Both the position numbers and the translations under genes were made by a program. A stretch of DNA of 64,000 nucleotides from Thermodesulfobacteriota bacterium (GTDB lineage Bacteria; Desulfobacterota; Desulfobacteria; Desulfobacterales; C00003060): assembly GCA_034189385.1 (NCBI GenBank), contig JAXHVD010000011.1, positions 81,388-145,387 on the forward strand. Reading direction: 5' to 3'. This document shows, piece by piece, positions 11,426 to 22,439 of the stretch (positions are counted from its first letter, which is position 1; every line of letters begins with the position of its first letter). Below the pieces are notes generated by a model. That model did not search any database, had not been told where the DNA came from, and saw only the letters and a list, made by a program, of their open reading frames with translations.

Positions 11426-12298
11426 ATGCTTGCTCCCATTGAGATTGACACAAGAACTTTTCTTCGTGAGCACTTCGCCCTGCCCGCTCTGCCAGAGGTT
11501 GTCACCAAGATTCAGGCCCTGATCCAGGACGACAAGGCTGACACGAAAACGCTCGCCGAGCTTATCAGTGGTGATTCAGCCATCTTGGGACAGGTCCTCA
11601 AGATCGTCAATTCTGCTTACTACGGGCTTCCAAAAGAAGTCACCAATGTGCAGTTTGCTGTCGCCTATCTGGGGCTCAATGAAATCTATCGTGTTGTCCT
11701 GTGCGTGTCTGTGATCAACGCCCTGGCCATTGACAAAAAGGACGAACTCAATGAGTTATGGTTTCACTCCTTTTATGCAGCCCTTTGCACCAAATACCTG
11801 GCCAAGAGGTTCGAACCCCACCTGTCCCTCGAAGAATTGTGGTCCGCAGCCATGCTCCATGACATTGGAAAATTGGTCTATATGAAATTCTTTCCTGACC
11901 ATTACGCAGCACTTAAAGCATTTTCCAAAGAACAAGGTTGCCTGTTTAGCGAAGCAGAGAAGCATTTTTCGCTGCCTTCGAGTGCTTTTTTCGGGACCCT
12001 GCTTTGTGACCACTGGAGACTTCCTGATGAAATTAGACGGGCCTGTGAATGCCATACGTTAGAAGATATTGCAGCCATGAGGGCCGACAGCTCACCAAGA
12101 CCGTTTCAACGGATGATCTGCCTGGGCAATCTGTTGACGGTCCTATCCACAAATGACCTCAGCAATAACAAGAAACAGGCGATAGCCGATGCAAGCAGGT
12201 CTGCCTTGAACCAAACCGAAAAGGAATTCTTGGTGATGATGGGCGACATCTACGACCTCCGGGCAGACGTCGAACAATTTCTGGAGAAGCTCGGCTAG
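11426..12298 (+). CDS. HDOD domain protein
   Basis: LPALPEVV, VLKIVNSAYYG, MLHDIGKL, HWRLP. Confidence 0.9.
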   Translation: MLAPIEIDTRTFLREHFALPALPEVVTKIQALIQDDKADTKTLAELISGDSAILGQVLKIVNSAYYGLPKEVTNVQFAVAYLGLNEIYRVVLCVSVINALAIDKKDELNELWFHSFYAALCTKYLAKRFEPHLSLEELWSAAMLHDIGKLVYMKFFPDHYAALKAFSKEQGCLFSEAEKHFSLPSSAFFGTLLCDHWRLPDEIRRACECHTLEDIAAMRADSSPRPFQRMICLGNLLTVLSTNDLSNNKKQAIADASRSALNQTEKEFLVMMGDIYDLRADVEQFLEKLG

Positions 12299-12388
12299 TC
12301 GTAAGGTTTCGCAATGGCGTTCACCGGGAAGCACCTGTGATGCAAAAGCTCCAACAGGCATCTGCCCCGTTTAAAGTGTAAACCGCGA

Positions 12389-12470
12389 TTGAAGACTCCC
12401 CGCAGCCCGCGCCGCGCTCGCACTGCCAATAGGCAGAACCTACGGGGCGTGGGCTCGCCTATTTGGTTTA
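12389..12470 (+). repeat. Palindromic MITE/REP-like element, short copy 1
   Basis: TTGAAGACTCCCCGCAGC[33-bp unit]CTACGGGG...GCTCGCCTATTTGGTTTA; homologous to the copies at 37923 and 53546. Confidence 0.75.
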
Positions 12471-12863
12471 TCTTGACAATACAATCCCTTGACTTTTGCG
12501 CCCTTTTCTTATAGGGGGCTTTTTGGCGTATGAGTTTGCTGCCCTCTTCTTCTCCACTCATAGGTGCGGCACATGAACAAAGACCTCAAAATGGGCCGAC
12601 GTTCGCCCTGGCAGGGAATCGAGTCTTCTGCTCAAAGCCGTGGATACCGTTTTCCCTCGTCGGATCTTGCCCCGCCTGTGCGTCTAGTAGGAAGCCAGCC
12701 GAAAAAACCTTCAAACACTTCTGTAGCAGAGAGAATAAAAGCAATACATAGGAGATCCATGCATTGAAAGCACAAAAGCGTATGGCTGTCCATCTCTTGA
12801 GGAGGCAAATGACGCTTGTACGACACCCGAGTCACTGATCGGTTTTAGAGAAAGGAGGATTTC

Positions 12864-14564
12864 ATGGCCAAAGCACAAAAAAAGCAGAACGCACCCTTTC
12901 TTGCCAAATCACCCACCGGTATCCAGGGGCTTGATGAAATCACCGCAGGCGGGCTGCCCAAGGGACGCCCCACCCTGGTGTGCGGCAGCGCAGGGTCAGG
13001 AAAGACACTGCTGGCCATGGAATTCCTTGTCAGGGGGGCTACGGAGCATGATGAGCCCGGGGTGTTCGTCTCTTTTGAAGAGACGGAAACGGATCTTGCA
13101 AACAATGTGGCCTCTCTCGGCTGGGATCTTGCCAAGCTCTCCAGGCAGAGGAAGCTTCTTGTTGAATATGTCTATATTGAACGAAGCGAGATAGAAGAGA
13201 CGGGGGAGTATAATCTGGAAGGTCTTTTCATACGGCTTCAAGATGCCATTGACACCATCGGGGCCAAGCGGATTGTCTTGGACACCATGGAGGCCCTCTT
13301 TGGCGGTTTTACCAACGACATGGTGATGCGGGCGGAGATTCGCCGCCTGTTTCGCTGGTTGAAGGAGAAAGGGCTTACAGCGATCATCACCGGGGAGCCG
13401 GGTGAAGAGACCATGACGCGCCATGGCCTGGAGGAATATGTCTCTGATTGTGTGATTCAGCTGGATCACAGGATTTGTGAACAGGTGGGCACCAGGCGCA
13501 TGCGGATCGTCAAGTATCGGGGTTCTTCCCATGGGACGAATGAGTACCCCTTTCTGATCGAAGAGAAGGGGGTCTCTATACTGCCCATTACCTCCCTGGG
13601 TCTGGATTACGGTGTGACCACCCAGAGGATCGCCACGGGCATCAAACGTCTGGACACCATGCTGGGGGGAAAGGGCTATTACAGGGGCACGAGTATCCTG
13701 GTATCGGGTACGGCTGGCACGGGCAAGAGCTCCCTTGCAGCATCCTTTGCAGACGCGGCCTGTGGCCGGGGGGAACGAGCCCTATATCTCTCGTTTGAGG
13801 AGGCGCCAAAGCAGATCATGAGAAACATGCGCTCCGTGGGGATTGTGCTTGAACCGTGGGTGAAGGAGGGTTTGCTCCGATTTCAGGCAGTGCGGGCATC
13901 CACGTACGGCCTGGAGATGCATCTGGCCCTTTTGCACAGGGAGGTGAATGACTTCAACCCCCAGGTCGTGGTCATGGACCCCATATCCAACCTCGGCGAG
14001 GCGACAACTGAAGTCGAAGTGAAGGGCATGCTGTGCCGGGTCATTGACTTTCTAAAGATGCAAAAGATCACCGCCTTCTTCACCGATCTTACCCGTGGAG
14101 GCACCTCCTTGGAGGCCACGGAATCGGCCATCTCATCTCTCATGGACACCTGGATACTGCTCAGGGATATCGAATACCAGGGAGAACGCAACCGGGGGAT
14201 GTATGTTTTAAAATCCCGCGGCATGGCCCACTCCAACCAGATTCGCGAGTTTGTGATCACTGATAAGGGGCTCGACCTCCTCAACGTGTATGCGGGCCCT
14301 GAGGGCGTGCTCACCGGCACGGGCCGGATGGCCCAAGAAGCACAAGAAAAGGCAGCCAAGCTCCTCCGTCATGAAGAGAAGTCCTTTAAAAAACGAGAAC
14401 TCGAGCGCAAGCGCATGGCCTTTGAGGCCCGCATGGCAGCCCTGCGGGCAGAATTTGAGGGGGAGGAAGAAGAGCTGAAGAAATCCATGGGAGAGGCTGA
14501 ACTGAGGGAGCGCGTCCTTACGGAGGACCGCAAGGCCATGGGAAAAGCCAGGGGCAAAGACTAA
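12864..14564 (+). CDS. kaiC: Circadian clock protein KaiC (KaiC2-like, with C-terminal coiled coil)
   Basis: Two RecA-type domains (GSAGSGKT/SFEE and GTAGTGKS/SFEE); phosphosite region ISSLMDTW; KSRGMAHSNQIREF. Confidence 0.95.
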   Translation: MAKAQKKQNAPFLAKSPTGIQGLDEITAGGLPKGRPTLVCGSAGSGKTLLAMEFLVRGATEHDEPGVFVSFEETETDLANNVASLGWDLAKLSRQRKLLVEYVYIERSEIEETGEYNLEGLFIRLQDAIDTIGAKRIVLDTMEALFGGFTNDMVMRAEIRRLFRWLKEKGLTAIITGEPGEETMTRHGLEEYVSDCVIQLDHRICEQVGTRRMRIVKYRGSSHGTNEYPFLIEEKGVSILPITSLGLDYGVTTQRIATGIKRLDTMLGGKGYYRGTSILVSGTAGTGKSSLAASFADAACGRGERALYLSFEEAPKQIMRNMRSVGIVLEPWVKEGLLRFQAVRASTYGLEMHLALLHREVNDFNPQVVVMDPISNLGEATTEVEVKGMLCRVIDFLKMQKITAFFTDLTRGGTSLEATESAISSLMDTWILLRDIEYQGERNRGMYVLKSRGMAHSNQIREFVITDKGLDLLNVYAGPEGVLTGTGRMAQEAQEKAAKLLRHEEKSFKKRELERKRMAFEARMAALRAEFEGEEEELKKSMGEAELRERVLTEDRKAMGKARGKD

Positions 14565-14713
14565 TACCAAGTTGCATTCAAAAAGATAGTAAGGCGGCAA
14601 GGAGGTTTTCCCGCAGGCGTATATGCAATACGCCGAGGACAGAACCGACGAAGCCAACGCAGCTAGAATTTGAATGCGACTTGGTATAAAGCGTATTGAA
14701 GGAGAGAAAGACT

Positions 14714-15028
14714 ATGCCAGCCAAGAAGAAGGCAGAGACAACGGCCAAGGCCGAGAAATGGGAACTGCGGCTCTACGTGGCCGGTCAGACACCCAACTGC
14801 GTCAAGGCCTTTTCCAATCTCAAAAAGATCTGCGAGGAACACCTTAAAGGCAGGTATACGATCGAGGTGATCGACCTTCTAGAAAACCCGCAGCTGGCCA
14901 AAGGGGACCAGATCACGGCTATTCCGACCCTCTTGCGAAGGCTGCCGGAGCCTGTGAGAAAGATCGTTGGAAACCTGTCCAAGACGGAACGGGTGCTCGT
15001 GGGCCTTGACGTCAAACCCCGCACTTAA
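14714..15028 (+). CDS. kaiB: KaiB
   Basis: [35 protein letters not shown]. Confidence 0.95.
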   Translation: MPAKKKAETTAKAEKWELRLYVAGQTPNCVKAFSNLKKICEEHLKGRYTIEVIDLLENPQLAKGDQITAIPTLLRRLPEPVRKIVGNLSKTERVLVGLDVKPRT

Positions 15029-15118
15029 GGGATTGACTATTTACGATCGCTGATTGGAAGGCCATTGAGAAGAGAGAGAAGCATTAAAATGCCAGAGATC
15101 ACCACAAGGGGGATGGGC

Positions 15119-15472
15119 ATGGCAGAGAAGAAGAGGGTAGACAAACCGAACGACAAGGTAGAAGCCTTTAAAAAGGCGGCCAAAGACCTGGAGGAAGAGA
15201 AATACGTCCTTCGGCTCTTTGTCACCGGCCAAACGCCCAAGTCCACAAGGGCCATTTCCAACATAAAGGAGATCTGTGAGGGTCATCTGAAAGGCCGCTA
15301 TGAGCTTGAAGTCGTTGACCTTTACCAATATCCCAAACTGGCCAAGGGGGAGCAGATCATCGCCCTGCCCACCCTTGTCAAGAAACTGCCTCTGCCCATA
15401 CGAAGGCTTGTGGGAGAGCTCTCTGACACAGAAAAGGTCCTCTTTGGCCTGGATATTAAGGAACAGCCGTAA
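15119..15472 (+). CDS. kaiB: KaiB-like protein (second paralog)
   Basis: LRLFVTGQTPKS, ALPTLVKKLPLP; start approximate. Confidence 0.9.
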   Translation: MAEKKRVDKPNDKVEAFKKAAKDLEEEKYVLRLFVTGQTPKSTRAISNIKEICEGHLKGRYELEVVDLYQYPKLAKGEQIIALPTLVKKLPLPIRRLVGELSDTEKVLFGLDIKEQP

Positions 15473-15484
15473 AACGAGGTTGTG

Positions 15485-18361
15485 ATGAGCAGGAAAACCA
15501 AGGCCCAACTTTTGGAAGAGATCCATGAGCTGGAGCGTCGATTGGAAGAGGCTGAAGAGGCGCTGCAGGCCATCCGCAGCGGCGAGGTGGATGCCATCTA
15601 TGTGGAAGGGCCTGAAGGGGATCGCCTGTTTACCTTAAAGGGAGCAGATCAGACCTATCGCACACTGATAGAGGATATGCATCAAGGGGCCGTTACCACC
15701 ACAGCGGACGGGACCATCATCTACGCCAACAAGGCCTTTGCAAAGACGATGCAAACGCATTGCGAACGCATTGTTGGATCTTCCATTCATCAATACATCG
15801 CCCCCGAAGACAGACCCATGTTTCAGGCCCTCTTTGAGCAGGGGCTTGAGGAACCAGCAAAGGGCGAAGTGACAGTGCATGTGGAGGAAGGTTCTCCTGC
15901 GCCCGTCTATGTTTCCATCAACACGGTTTCTTCAGAAGGTGAGCCGTTACTCTGTGTGACGGTCACAGACCTGACAGAGCAAAAACGTCAGGGAGAAATT
16001 GTGAAATCAGAGAGACTCTCCCGTGCCATCTTAGAAGCGGCCGGTGAGGCTGTGTTGGTCTGCGATCATGATGGAAAGATCATTCGTGCCAACCATGCCG
16101 CACGAGGGCTTGTTGAATATCCCCTCCTGCTCAAGTCTTTTGACGACACATTTCGATTCGAGGCGACATCCAAAACGCATCATGAGACGTCCGCACCATT
16201 TTCAATATCTCCTGTGCTCAAAGGGGATTCCCTTTATGGCATAGAGGTATTGCTCAGGAAAAAGAACAAAGAAGCGTGCTATTTGCTACTCAGTGCCACC
16301 CCTTTGCGCAGCGAGGAGGACGTTGTGGGGTGTGTGGTGGTCCTGACGGATACGTCAGAGTTGAAAAGGCTGTCAAGGAACCTCGCAGCCGAAAGGGAAC
16401 GATTGAACGTCACCTTGTTATCCATCGGGGATGGCGTGATTGTCACGGATTTGGAAGGAAGGGTTCAATTAATAAACCGCGTGGCGGAATCCCTCACCGG
16501 GTGGTCTCAAAAAGAGGCCAGTGGCCGATCCCTGCATGAGGTGTTCCACATCATCAATGAAAAAACCCGACAGCCTTGTGAAAACCCTGTTGAGAAAGTT
16601 CTGGAAACCGGACGAATTGTAGGCCTTGCCAATGACACCGTCCTCATATCCAGGGATGGTGCTGAGATAGCCGTTGCTGACAGTGGATCTCCGATCTTGA
16701 GCAAGGACGGGGATATCATTGGTGTGGTCTTGGTATTTCGGGATATCACGGAGCGCAGGCAGGCAGAGGAGGCGCTGAAGGAGAGCGAAAATTTACTCAA
16801 AAAAACACAAGAAATCGCCCATGTGGGTAGCTGGAGCCTCGACTTGCAAGAAAATCAGCTCTACTGGTCTGACGAGGTATACCGGATTTTCGGTTTGAAG
16901 CCCCAAGAGTTCGCTGCAACGTATGAGGCCTTTCTGGCATCCGTCCATTTCGAGGATCGAGAGATGGTGGATAAGGCCTACAACGAGGCCATAAGAAACC
17001 ACAAACCTTACGAGATTGTCCATCGAGTCCTCCGCCCCGATGGTGAGGTCAGAGTTGTCCATGAGAAATCTGAGGATATTTCGGACGAATCTGGAAAGAC
17101 CATCCGTTCCATGGGCATGGTTCATGACATCACTGAGCGCCATCGAGTGGAAGAGGCACTTCGAGACGCTCACGAGGGCTTGGAGCGACGCGTGAAAGAG
17201 CGCACCGCTACGCTTGCGCACATCAATCAGGAACTAAAGAGGGAAATAAAAGAGAGGAAACGCACACAGCAGGCCCTCAGAGAAAGCCAGGAAAAGGTCC
17301 GAAAGGTCAATCTGGCCTTGGATCGCGGCCTGTCCGAGGTCTTCGATGCCCTGCGAAAGATTGCCTCCGGAGACCCCTCTGTGAGAATACCGGAGACCTC
17401 TGAACTGGACCTCCTCGTCAGGCTAAAACGCGCCGTAAACGCCACCGCCCAAGACCTTGCAACGATTATCAATCTTACCCACGAGTTCGCCATCGGTCTT
17501 GCTGAGTACTTTGATGTGTTGCAAAGGGTCTCAAGAGGTGATTTCACTGCCCGCGTATCTGGCCATTCACCCGTAGACCTGTTGGGGGCCCTGAAAAGGA
17601 ATATCAACCAAATGATTCAGGACATCTCTACAGAGATCGCCGAGCGCAAGCGCACAGAACAGGCGCTGCAGGCATCAGAGGAAGAGCTCCGGCGTTTGTC
17701 ATCTCGACTGCTGCAAGTCCAGGAGGCCGAAAGAGAGAAGATCTCCAGAGAACTTCACGACAGCATTGGTCAAGGTCTGGCGGCCACGAAATTTGGCGTA
17801 GAAAACTGTCTTGATAGAATGCGTCAGATCGCAGATAAGGAAACGGTGAAATCGCTGGAAGCCCTTGTCCTCGTGGTTCAACGGGCCAGCGAGGAGGTTC
17901 GGCAGATTCATACGGATTTGCGACCCTCTATGCTGGATGACCTGGGGATCATCGCCACTATCTCCTGGTTCTGCCGGGAATTTCAGGGACTCTATGGGGG
18001 TCTCACGATTGAGCAACAGATTGACATCGAAGAGAAACAGGTGGCCGATTCGCTGAAGATCGTGATCTTCAGACTCCTTCAGGAGGCCCTGAGCAACGCG
18101 GCCAAACATGGCAAGGGAAATACGGTGTTGGTTTCCTTACAACAAGTAAAAGGCCACATAGAACTGGCCATCAAAGATAGTGGCCAAGGATTTGATGTGG
18201 ACCAGGCCCTCTCGACCAAGAGCCTGAAGCGAGGGTTTGGCCTTACGAGCATGAGAGAGCGCACCGAACTTTCAGGCGGGTCCTTTTTCCTCGAGTCTGC
18301 CCCGGGGGCAGGCACCCTAGTGCGAGCGTCCTGGCCGATGAGGCAGACCGAGCCTACTTAG
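15485..18361 (+). CDS. Multi-PAS sensor histidine kinase (HisKA_3, NarX/UhpB type)
   Basis: Four PAS/PAC-like blocks, SRELHDSIGQ H-box, QEALSNAAKH, DSGQGF, GFGLTSMRER. Confidence 0.9.
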   Translation: MSRKTKAQLLEEIHELERRLEEAEEALQAIRSGEVDAIYVEGPEGDRLFTLKGADQTYRTLIEDMHQGAVTTTADGTIIYANKAFAKTMQTHCERIVGSSIHQYIAPEDRPMFQALFEQGLEEPAKGEVTVHVEEGSPAPVYVSINTVSSEGEPLLCVTVTDLTEQKRQGEIVKSERLSRAILEAAGEAVLVCDHDGKIIRANHAARGLVEYPLLLKSFDDTFRFEATSKTHHETSAPFSISPVLKGDSLYGIEVLLRKKNKEACYLLLSATPLRSEEDVVGCVVVLTDTSELKRLSRNLAAERERLNVTLLSIGDGVIVTDLEGRVQLINRVAESLTGWSQKEASGRSLHEVFHIINEKTRQPCENPVEKVLETGRIVGLANDTVLISRDGAEIAVADSGSPILSKDGDIIGVVLVFRDITERRQAEEALKESENLLKKTQEIAHVGSWSLDLQENQLYWSDEVYRIFGLKPQEFAATYEAFLASVHFEDREMVDKAYNEAIRNHKPYEIVHRVLRPDGEVRVVHEKSEDISDESGKTIRSMGMVHDITERHRVEEALRDAHEGLERRVKERTATLAHINQELKREIKERKRTQQALRESQEKVRKVNLALDRGLSEVFDALRKIASGDPSVRIPETSELDLLVRLKRAVNATAQDLATIINLTHEFAIGLAEYFDVLQRVSRGDFTARVSGHSPVDLLGALKRNINQMIQDISTEIAERKRTEQALQASEEELRRLSSRLLQVQEAEREKISRELHDSIGQGLAATKFGVENCLDRMRQIADKETVKSLEALVLVVQRASEEVRQIHTDLRPSMLDDLGIIATISWFCREFQGLYGGLTIEQQIDIEEKQVADSLKIVIFRLLQEALSNAAKHGKGNTVLVSLQQVKGHIELAIKDSGQGFDVDQALSTKSLKRGFGLTSMRERTELSGGSFFLESAPGAGTLVRASWPMRQTEPT

Positions 18362-18818
18362 CCTCATCCCCAAAAGCCCCTCTTCTCCCCTCTCCACGTA
18401 TGCCCCGTGATAGGCGATCGCCTCCTCTGCCTCTCATCAACGCCCCTTCGCCCGACCCCTTTTGTTGGCTGCTGGAACGGGGGGATTTCTTCTGTTGCAA
18501 GACACTCCGATGTTCTGTGCCTGAGGTGGAAGCATTCGGCTGGGCTTACACAAGATTTCACTCATGAAGAGAAAAGGTCGACGATGGCATGGCCATACGA
18601 CATCGAAATAGGGTCTGATTCGTTCTAAAATGGGGTATTCACCCCATTTTGTTTCACGGTCTCCCATGCTATCCGGGGACCTGCCGGCGGGAGATGTCTG
18701 GGGCCCGTGGCGATATCTCTCTTCTTCCCACCATTGGGCAGAGAAGGATACATCGACCCCGGCCCCGGTGCTGCCGCCTTGCCCCTGCAGTCTCAACCAA
18801 GGTTCTCGAGGAGACCCC

Positions 18819-19226
18819 ATGGAGACCATATTGATTGTAGATGACCAGCAATGTGTTCGAGAGTACCTGTCTGATGAACTGATCTCTGAAGGGTACGGGG
18901 TTCAAACGGCAGCAAATCCAGAATCAGTCACGAGCCATCTGGCACGTTCACGCCCCGATCTGATGCTGCTTGATCTATTTCTGGACGGACCACAGGGATT
19001 TGCCTTGTTAGATGAGATAAGGGCCCACTATTCCGGCCTGCCGGTTATTGTCTTCACCGCCTATGATAGCTTCAAGGATGACCCCCGACTATCTTGGGTA
19101 GACGGATACGTCATGAAGAGCTTTGACTTGCGTGAACTCAAGGAGAAGATCGCCCATGTCCTTGGAAAGATATCAGCCATTTCAATCGGTCGGCAGCAGC
19201 TCCTCTATGGCAAGCTGGGGATCTAG
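18819..19226 (+). CDS. Single-domain response regulator (REC)
   Basis: GAGGAG RBS; ILIVDD, LLDL, FTAY, YVMKS. Confidence 0.85.
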   Translation: METILIVDDQQCVREYLSDELISEGYGVQTAANPESVTSHLARSRPDLMLLDLFLDGPQGFALLDEIRAHYSGLPVIVFTAYDSFKDDPRLSWVDGYVMKSFDLRELKEKIAHVLGKISAISIGRQQLLYGKLGI

Positions 19227-22166
19227 GGTCTCATTGGCCTTTTGGAGGCGCTCGGCCGCAGCGTAAACGGCCACGGCCGCAGATGCAGCGGCGGGGTTCA
19301 AGTACGTGTTGGCTGCCTCCATGAGGGACGCTGAGGAGGCGTGAAGGACTTCGTTTCTAAACTGCTGACGGTCATCGTCTGTGAGGCCGGCAAAATCTCG
19401 GATCATGGCCGTGTACCCCTTAGTCGACGGATCCATGGGCTTGTCCAAGGCCCCTATGGTGCCGATGATCGCCTTTTGAAGCTCTTGGGCCTCGATTTTC
19501 TCATGAGACACCAGATTCACCGCCCTATCATAAACGCCGAGGGTCTCCTCAAGGTTCGGGTCCCTGTAGGAAAGGAGAGAAAAGTCCTTGTTTAGAGGGT
19601 CGTAGCGCGACATGCCACCGTAGGCCCCGCCCTGGACCCTGATCCGTTTGTAAAGATACCCGCTGGAGAGCTGCTTCGACAAGACCATAAGAGACGCAGA
19701 AAGGGGCTCAGCATAGGCCGGCGCCGGAAAGACCTTTGCCACATAACAGACCTGTGCGGGAATGGCGACGCCTGCGTGGATGGAAGGCAATGGAGGGGCA
19801 CTGGGGGCTTGAAGGTCCCCGCCGCCGGGCAAGCGATCTGCTAGTCTCTTTAACCCTTCTGAAAGCAGCTCGATCCCTTCTTGATCACCCGTCAGGTTCA
19901 GCACAAGCCTATGTTTTCGAAAAACCAGATCCCGGAGGTGGGCAAGCTTCTCACGGACCCCTTTTTCCTGGTCCTCAAAGCGGTCGGAAATCCTGCCCAG
20001 AAGCTGCAGAAGGGTTCTCCCCTTCCATTGTTCTTCCCGATATGCCGCCAAAGATAGGGCTGCTGCCGCGGTCCTGTGGGCGAAGGTATGCCCTAAGGGG
20101 ACTACAGAGGCATGAAGCCGGTTTTTGGCTTCTGCTACCAGGTCCCGCATGCGGCTCACATCTGAAAGGTCTCCTTGGGTGAGCAAGTCTGAGACAATGC
20201 CCATGGCATCTCCAACGTTGCGATGAAGGGCCTTGATTCTAAAGACCATCTTTTGCCAGGTCTTTTTTCCGTCAAAGGTCATGCCTGCTGTAAGATGGCA
20301 GCCAAGGCCTCCCGTCTTTAAGGCCATGCGCTTGGCCATCGCCTCATAATTCATGGCTGCTGCACCCATATTGGTCGTTAGATTGCCCAGCAACGGCAGA
20401 TACGGTTGAAGGTCCTCCGGTACATCGGAGACGTCAAAGGCAAGATCAAGATAGGCGATGCCGTTTGAAAAGATCTCATGTTCCATCGTTGGAATTTCTG
20501 AGATGGTCGTCTTTGTGGTGGGAACGATTTCCACGGTGGGTGGGATGTCACTCAGCTTAGGTCTGGGAAGCGTGGCCAAGGCCTCTGGTGTGTCTGGCTC
20601 GGCCTGTATTTGGCGAAGGACTGCGGCGTCCTGCTGGATAGCCTTTAGTTCCTCAAGGGACAAAGCGGACCTCTTCTTGGCCATCTCCGCCTTGAAAGAC
20701 TCTTCTTGCTTTGCCGCATAGGTCTTACTCGGTTCCGTTACACAAAGGAGCCTGTGGGGATTGTCAAGGAACCATTTTCGTATGACCTCCTGAAAGAGCC
20801 TGGGGTCGTCTTTCCATCTGTTGCGGATCTTGTCGATAAGACCTGAAAACTTGAGCCCAACCAAGGGATCGCCATCATAGAGCCACGTATGATATACCCG
20901 TTCCATCAGGCGGATGGCATAGGGCATATGGGCGCGAGAAATCTCCTTGCCGTGGAATTCCACCTGATGAAGGGCCCCTTCAATGAGGTCGGGGTCAAAA
21001 CCGCCTTCCAGCCCTTGCTTCAGGGTCTCAAGGACCAGGGCCTTAATGGAGTCTGCCTTGTCAGGATCTGTGCCCCGCAGGCCCACAGCGAATGCCACCT
21101 GCTTCAGATCCAGTTCAAGACCGGTGACCGGGGAGAGATCTTCTCCCAGGCCGGAATCGATTAACGCCTTGCGAAGGGGGCCGGCGGCCGTTCCCACCAG
21201 GGCCTGTGCAACAATTTGAAGGAGAAGGATGGTCTCGTAATCGGAGTTTTCGGCCATCATCCATGCCACGTTTACGGCGGTCTTTCTCCCTGGGTTCTCT
21301 TCCCTGCCGATGGGATAATAGTTGTGTGTGCTGGAAGGCTTGTTCCACCTTGGTTGCGTTTCAATAGATGAATCGACCTGGACGCGATCGATCCCATGGA
21401 GCATCTCTTTTAAGAAGACCAGATGATCCTCTGTGGGGATGTTGCCGTAGAGAAAAAACCTGGCATTGGTGGGGGAGTAAAAGGTGCGGTGAAAGGCCTT
21501 GAACCCCTCATAGGTAAGAGACGGGATGACTTGTGGGTCCCCGCCTGAATCAAAGGCGTAGGTGGTGTCGGGATAGAGCCCCTGCTGGATCGGTTTGTAC
21601 ATGAGAGCGTTGGCAGATGAATACACCCCTTTCATCTCATTAAAAACAATACCTGAAATGGTGAGCTCGCTGTCTATGTCTTCTGGCTGCTCAAACTCCA
21701 GATGGTGGCCCTCTTGAGAAAAGGTCTCCCTGCGCAGCCGGGGTCGCAGCACAAGGTCCGTGTATACACGGGCCAGGTTGAAGAAATCATTTCGGATCTG
21801 GCTTGCCACTGGATAGATGGTCTTGTCCGGATAGGTAAAGGCGTTGATAAAGGTCTGGAGCGACCCCCTGGCCAGTTCGTTGAACGCATCTTTTAAAGGA
21901 TATCTTTCAGAACCGGCCAACACGGAATGTTCCAGGATATGAGCCACCCCTGTGGAATCCCTGGGAGGCGTTCGGAAGCCGACGGAGTAAAGGTTTTCGG
22001 GATCATCACAGTGAAGGTGGATGACCTTGGCACCGGTCTTCTCATGTTCCATTTCATAGGCAGTCACCCGTATGTCTGGTATCTGTTCTATTCTTAGCAC
22101 AGCAAAACCATGCCCCTTGTCGCCAATCTTAAGCGTCGGGGCCGGGCAGATGGAAGCGTCGTTCAT
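19182..22166 (-). CDS. Peptidase M16C (presequence protease PreP-like)
   Basis: TGVAHILEHSVL inverted zincin motif, TFINAFTYPDKTIYP, VFNEMKG, RVQGGAYG, SYRDP. Confidence 0.93.
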   Translation of the reverse strand: MNDASICPAPTLKIGDKGHGFAVLRIEQIPDIRVTAYEMEHEKTGAKVIHLHCDDPENLYSVGFRTPPRDSTGVAHILEHSVLAGSERYPLKDAFNELARGSLQTFINAFTYPDKTIYPVASQIRNDFFNLARVYTDLVLRPRLRRETFSQEGHHLEFEQPEDIDSELTISGIVFNEMKGVYSSANALMYKPIQQGLYPDTTYAFDSGGDPQVIPSLTYEGFKAFHRTFYSPTNARFFLYGNIPTEDHLVFLKEMLHGIDRVQVDSSIETQPRWNKPSSTHNYYPIGREENPGRKTAVNVAWMMAENSDYETILLLQIVAQALVGTAAGPLRKALIDSGLGEDLSPVTGLELDLKQVAFAVGLRGTDPDKADSIKALVLETLKQGLEGGFDPDLIEGALHQVEFHGKEISRAHMPYAIRLMERVYHTWLYDGDPLVGLKFSGLIDKIRNRWKDDPRLFQEVIRKWFLDNPHRLLCVTEPSKTYAAKQEESFKAEMAKKRSALSLEELKAIQQDAAVLRQIQAEPDTPEALATLPRPKLSDIPPTVEIVPTTKTTISEIPTMEHEIFSNGIAYLDLAFDVSDVPEDLQPYLPLLGNLTTNMGAAAMNYEAMAKRMALKTGGLGCHLTAGMTFDGKKTWQKMVFRIKALHRNVGDAMGIVSDLLTQGDLSDVSRMRDLVAEAKNRLHASVVPLGHTFAHRTAAAALSLAAYREEQWKGRTLLQLLGRISDRFEDQEKGVREKLAHLRDLVFRKHRLVLNLTGDQEGIELLSEGLKRLADRLPGGGDLQAPSAPPLPSIHAGVAIPAQVCYVAKVFPAPAYAEPLSASLMVLSKQLSSGYLYKRIRVQGGAYGGMSRYDPLNKDFSLLSYRDPNLEETLGVYDRAVNLVSHEKIEAQELQKAIIGTIGALDKPMDPSTKGYTAMIRDFAGLTDDDRQQFRNEVLHASSASLMEAANTYLNPAAASAAVAVYAAAERLQKANETLDPQLAIEELLPTD

Positions 22167-22439
22167 TTTCAGGTATCCTCTCTTGGGTTTTGATCTACTT
22201 ACAAGACGGTGTAGCCTGCCTAAACCGTATAGCACCACAGGGGACCGGTGTCCATATTGAGGTTTTAGACAGGAATCGCTTGCGGCGACACACCAAAATG
22301 AATGGCCCTAGAACTAAATGCCCATGGGTGCGACAAATGTCTCTGGCCAGCCGCGTATTTTGCAGACTCTAGGGTGTTACGGTTTTCTTTTCCACAGAAC
22401 TTTGATACTGGTCATTCACATCATTAGAGGAGGCGTCTC

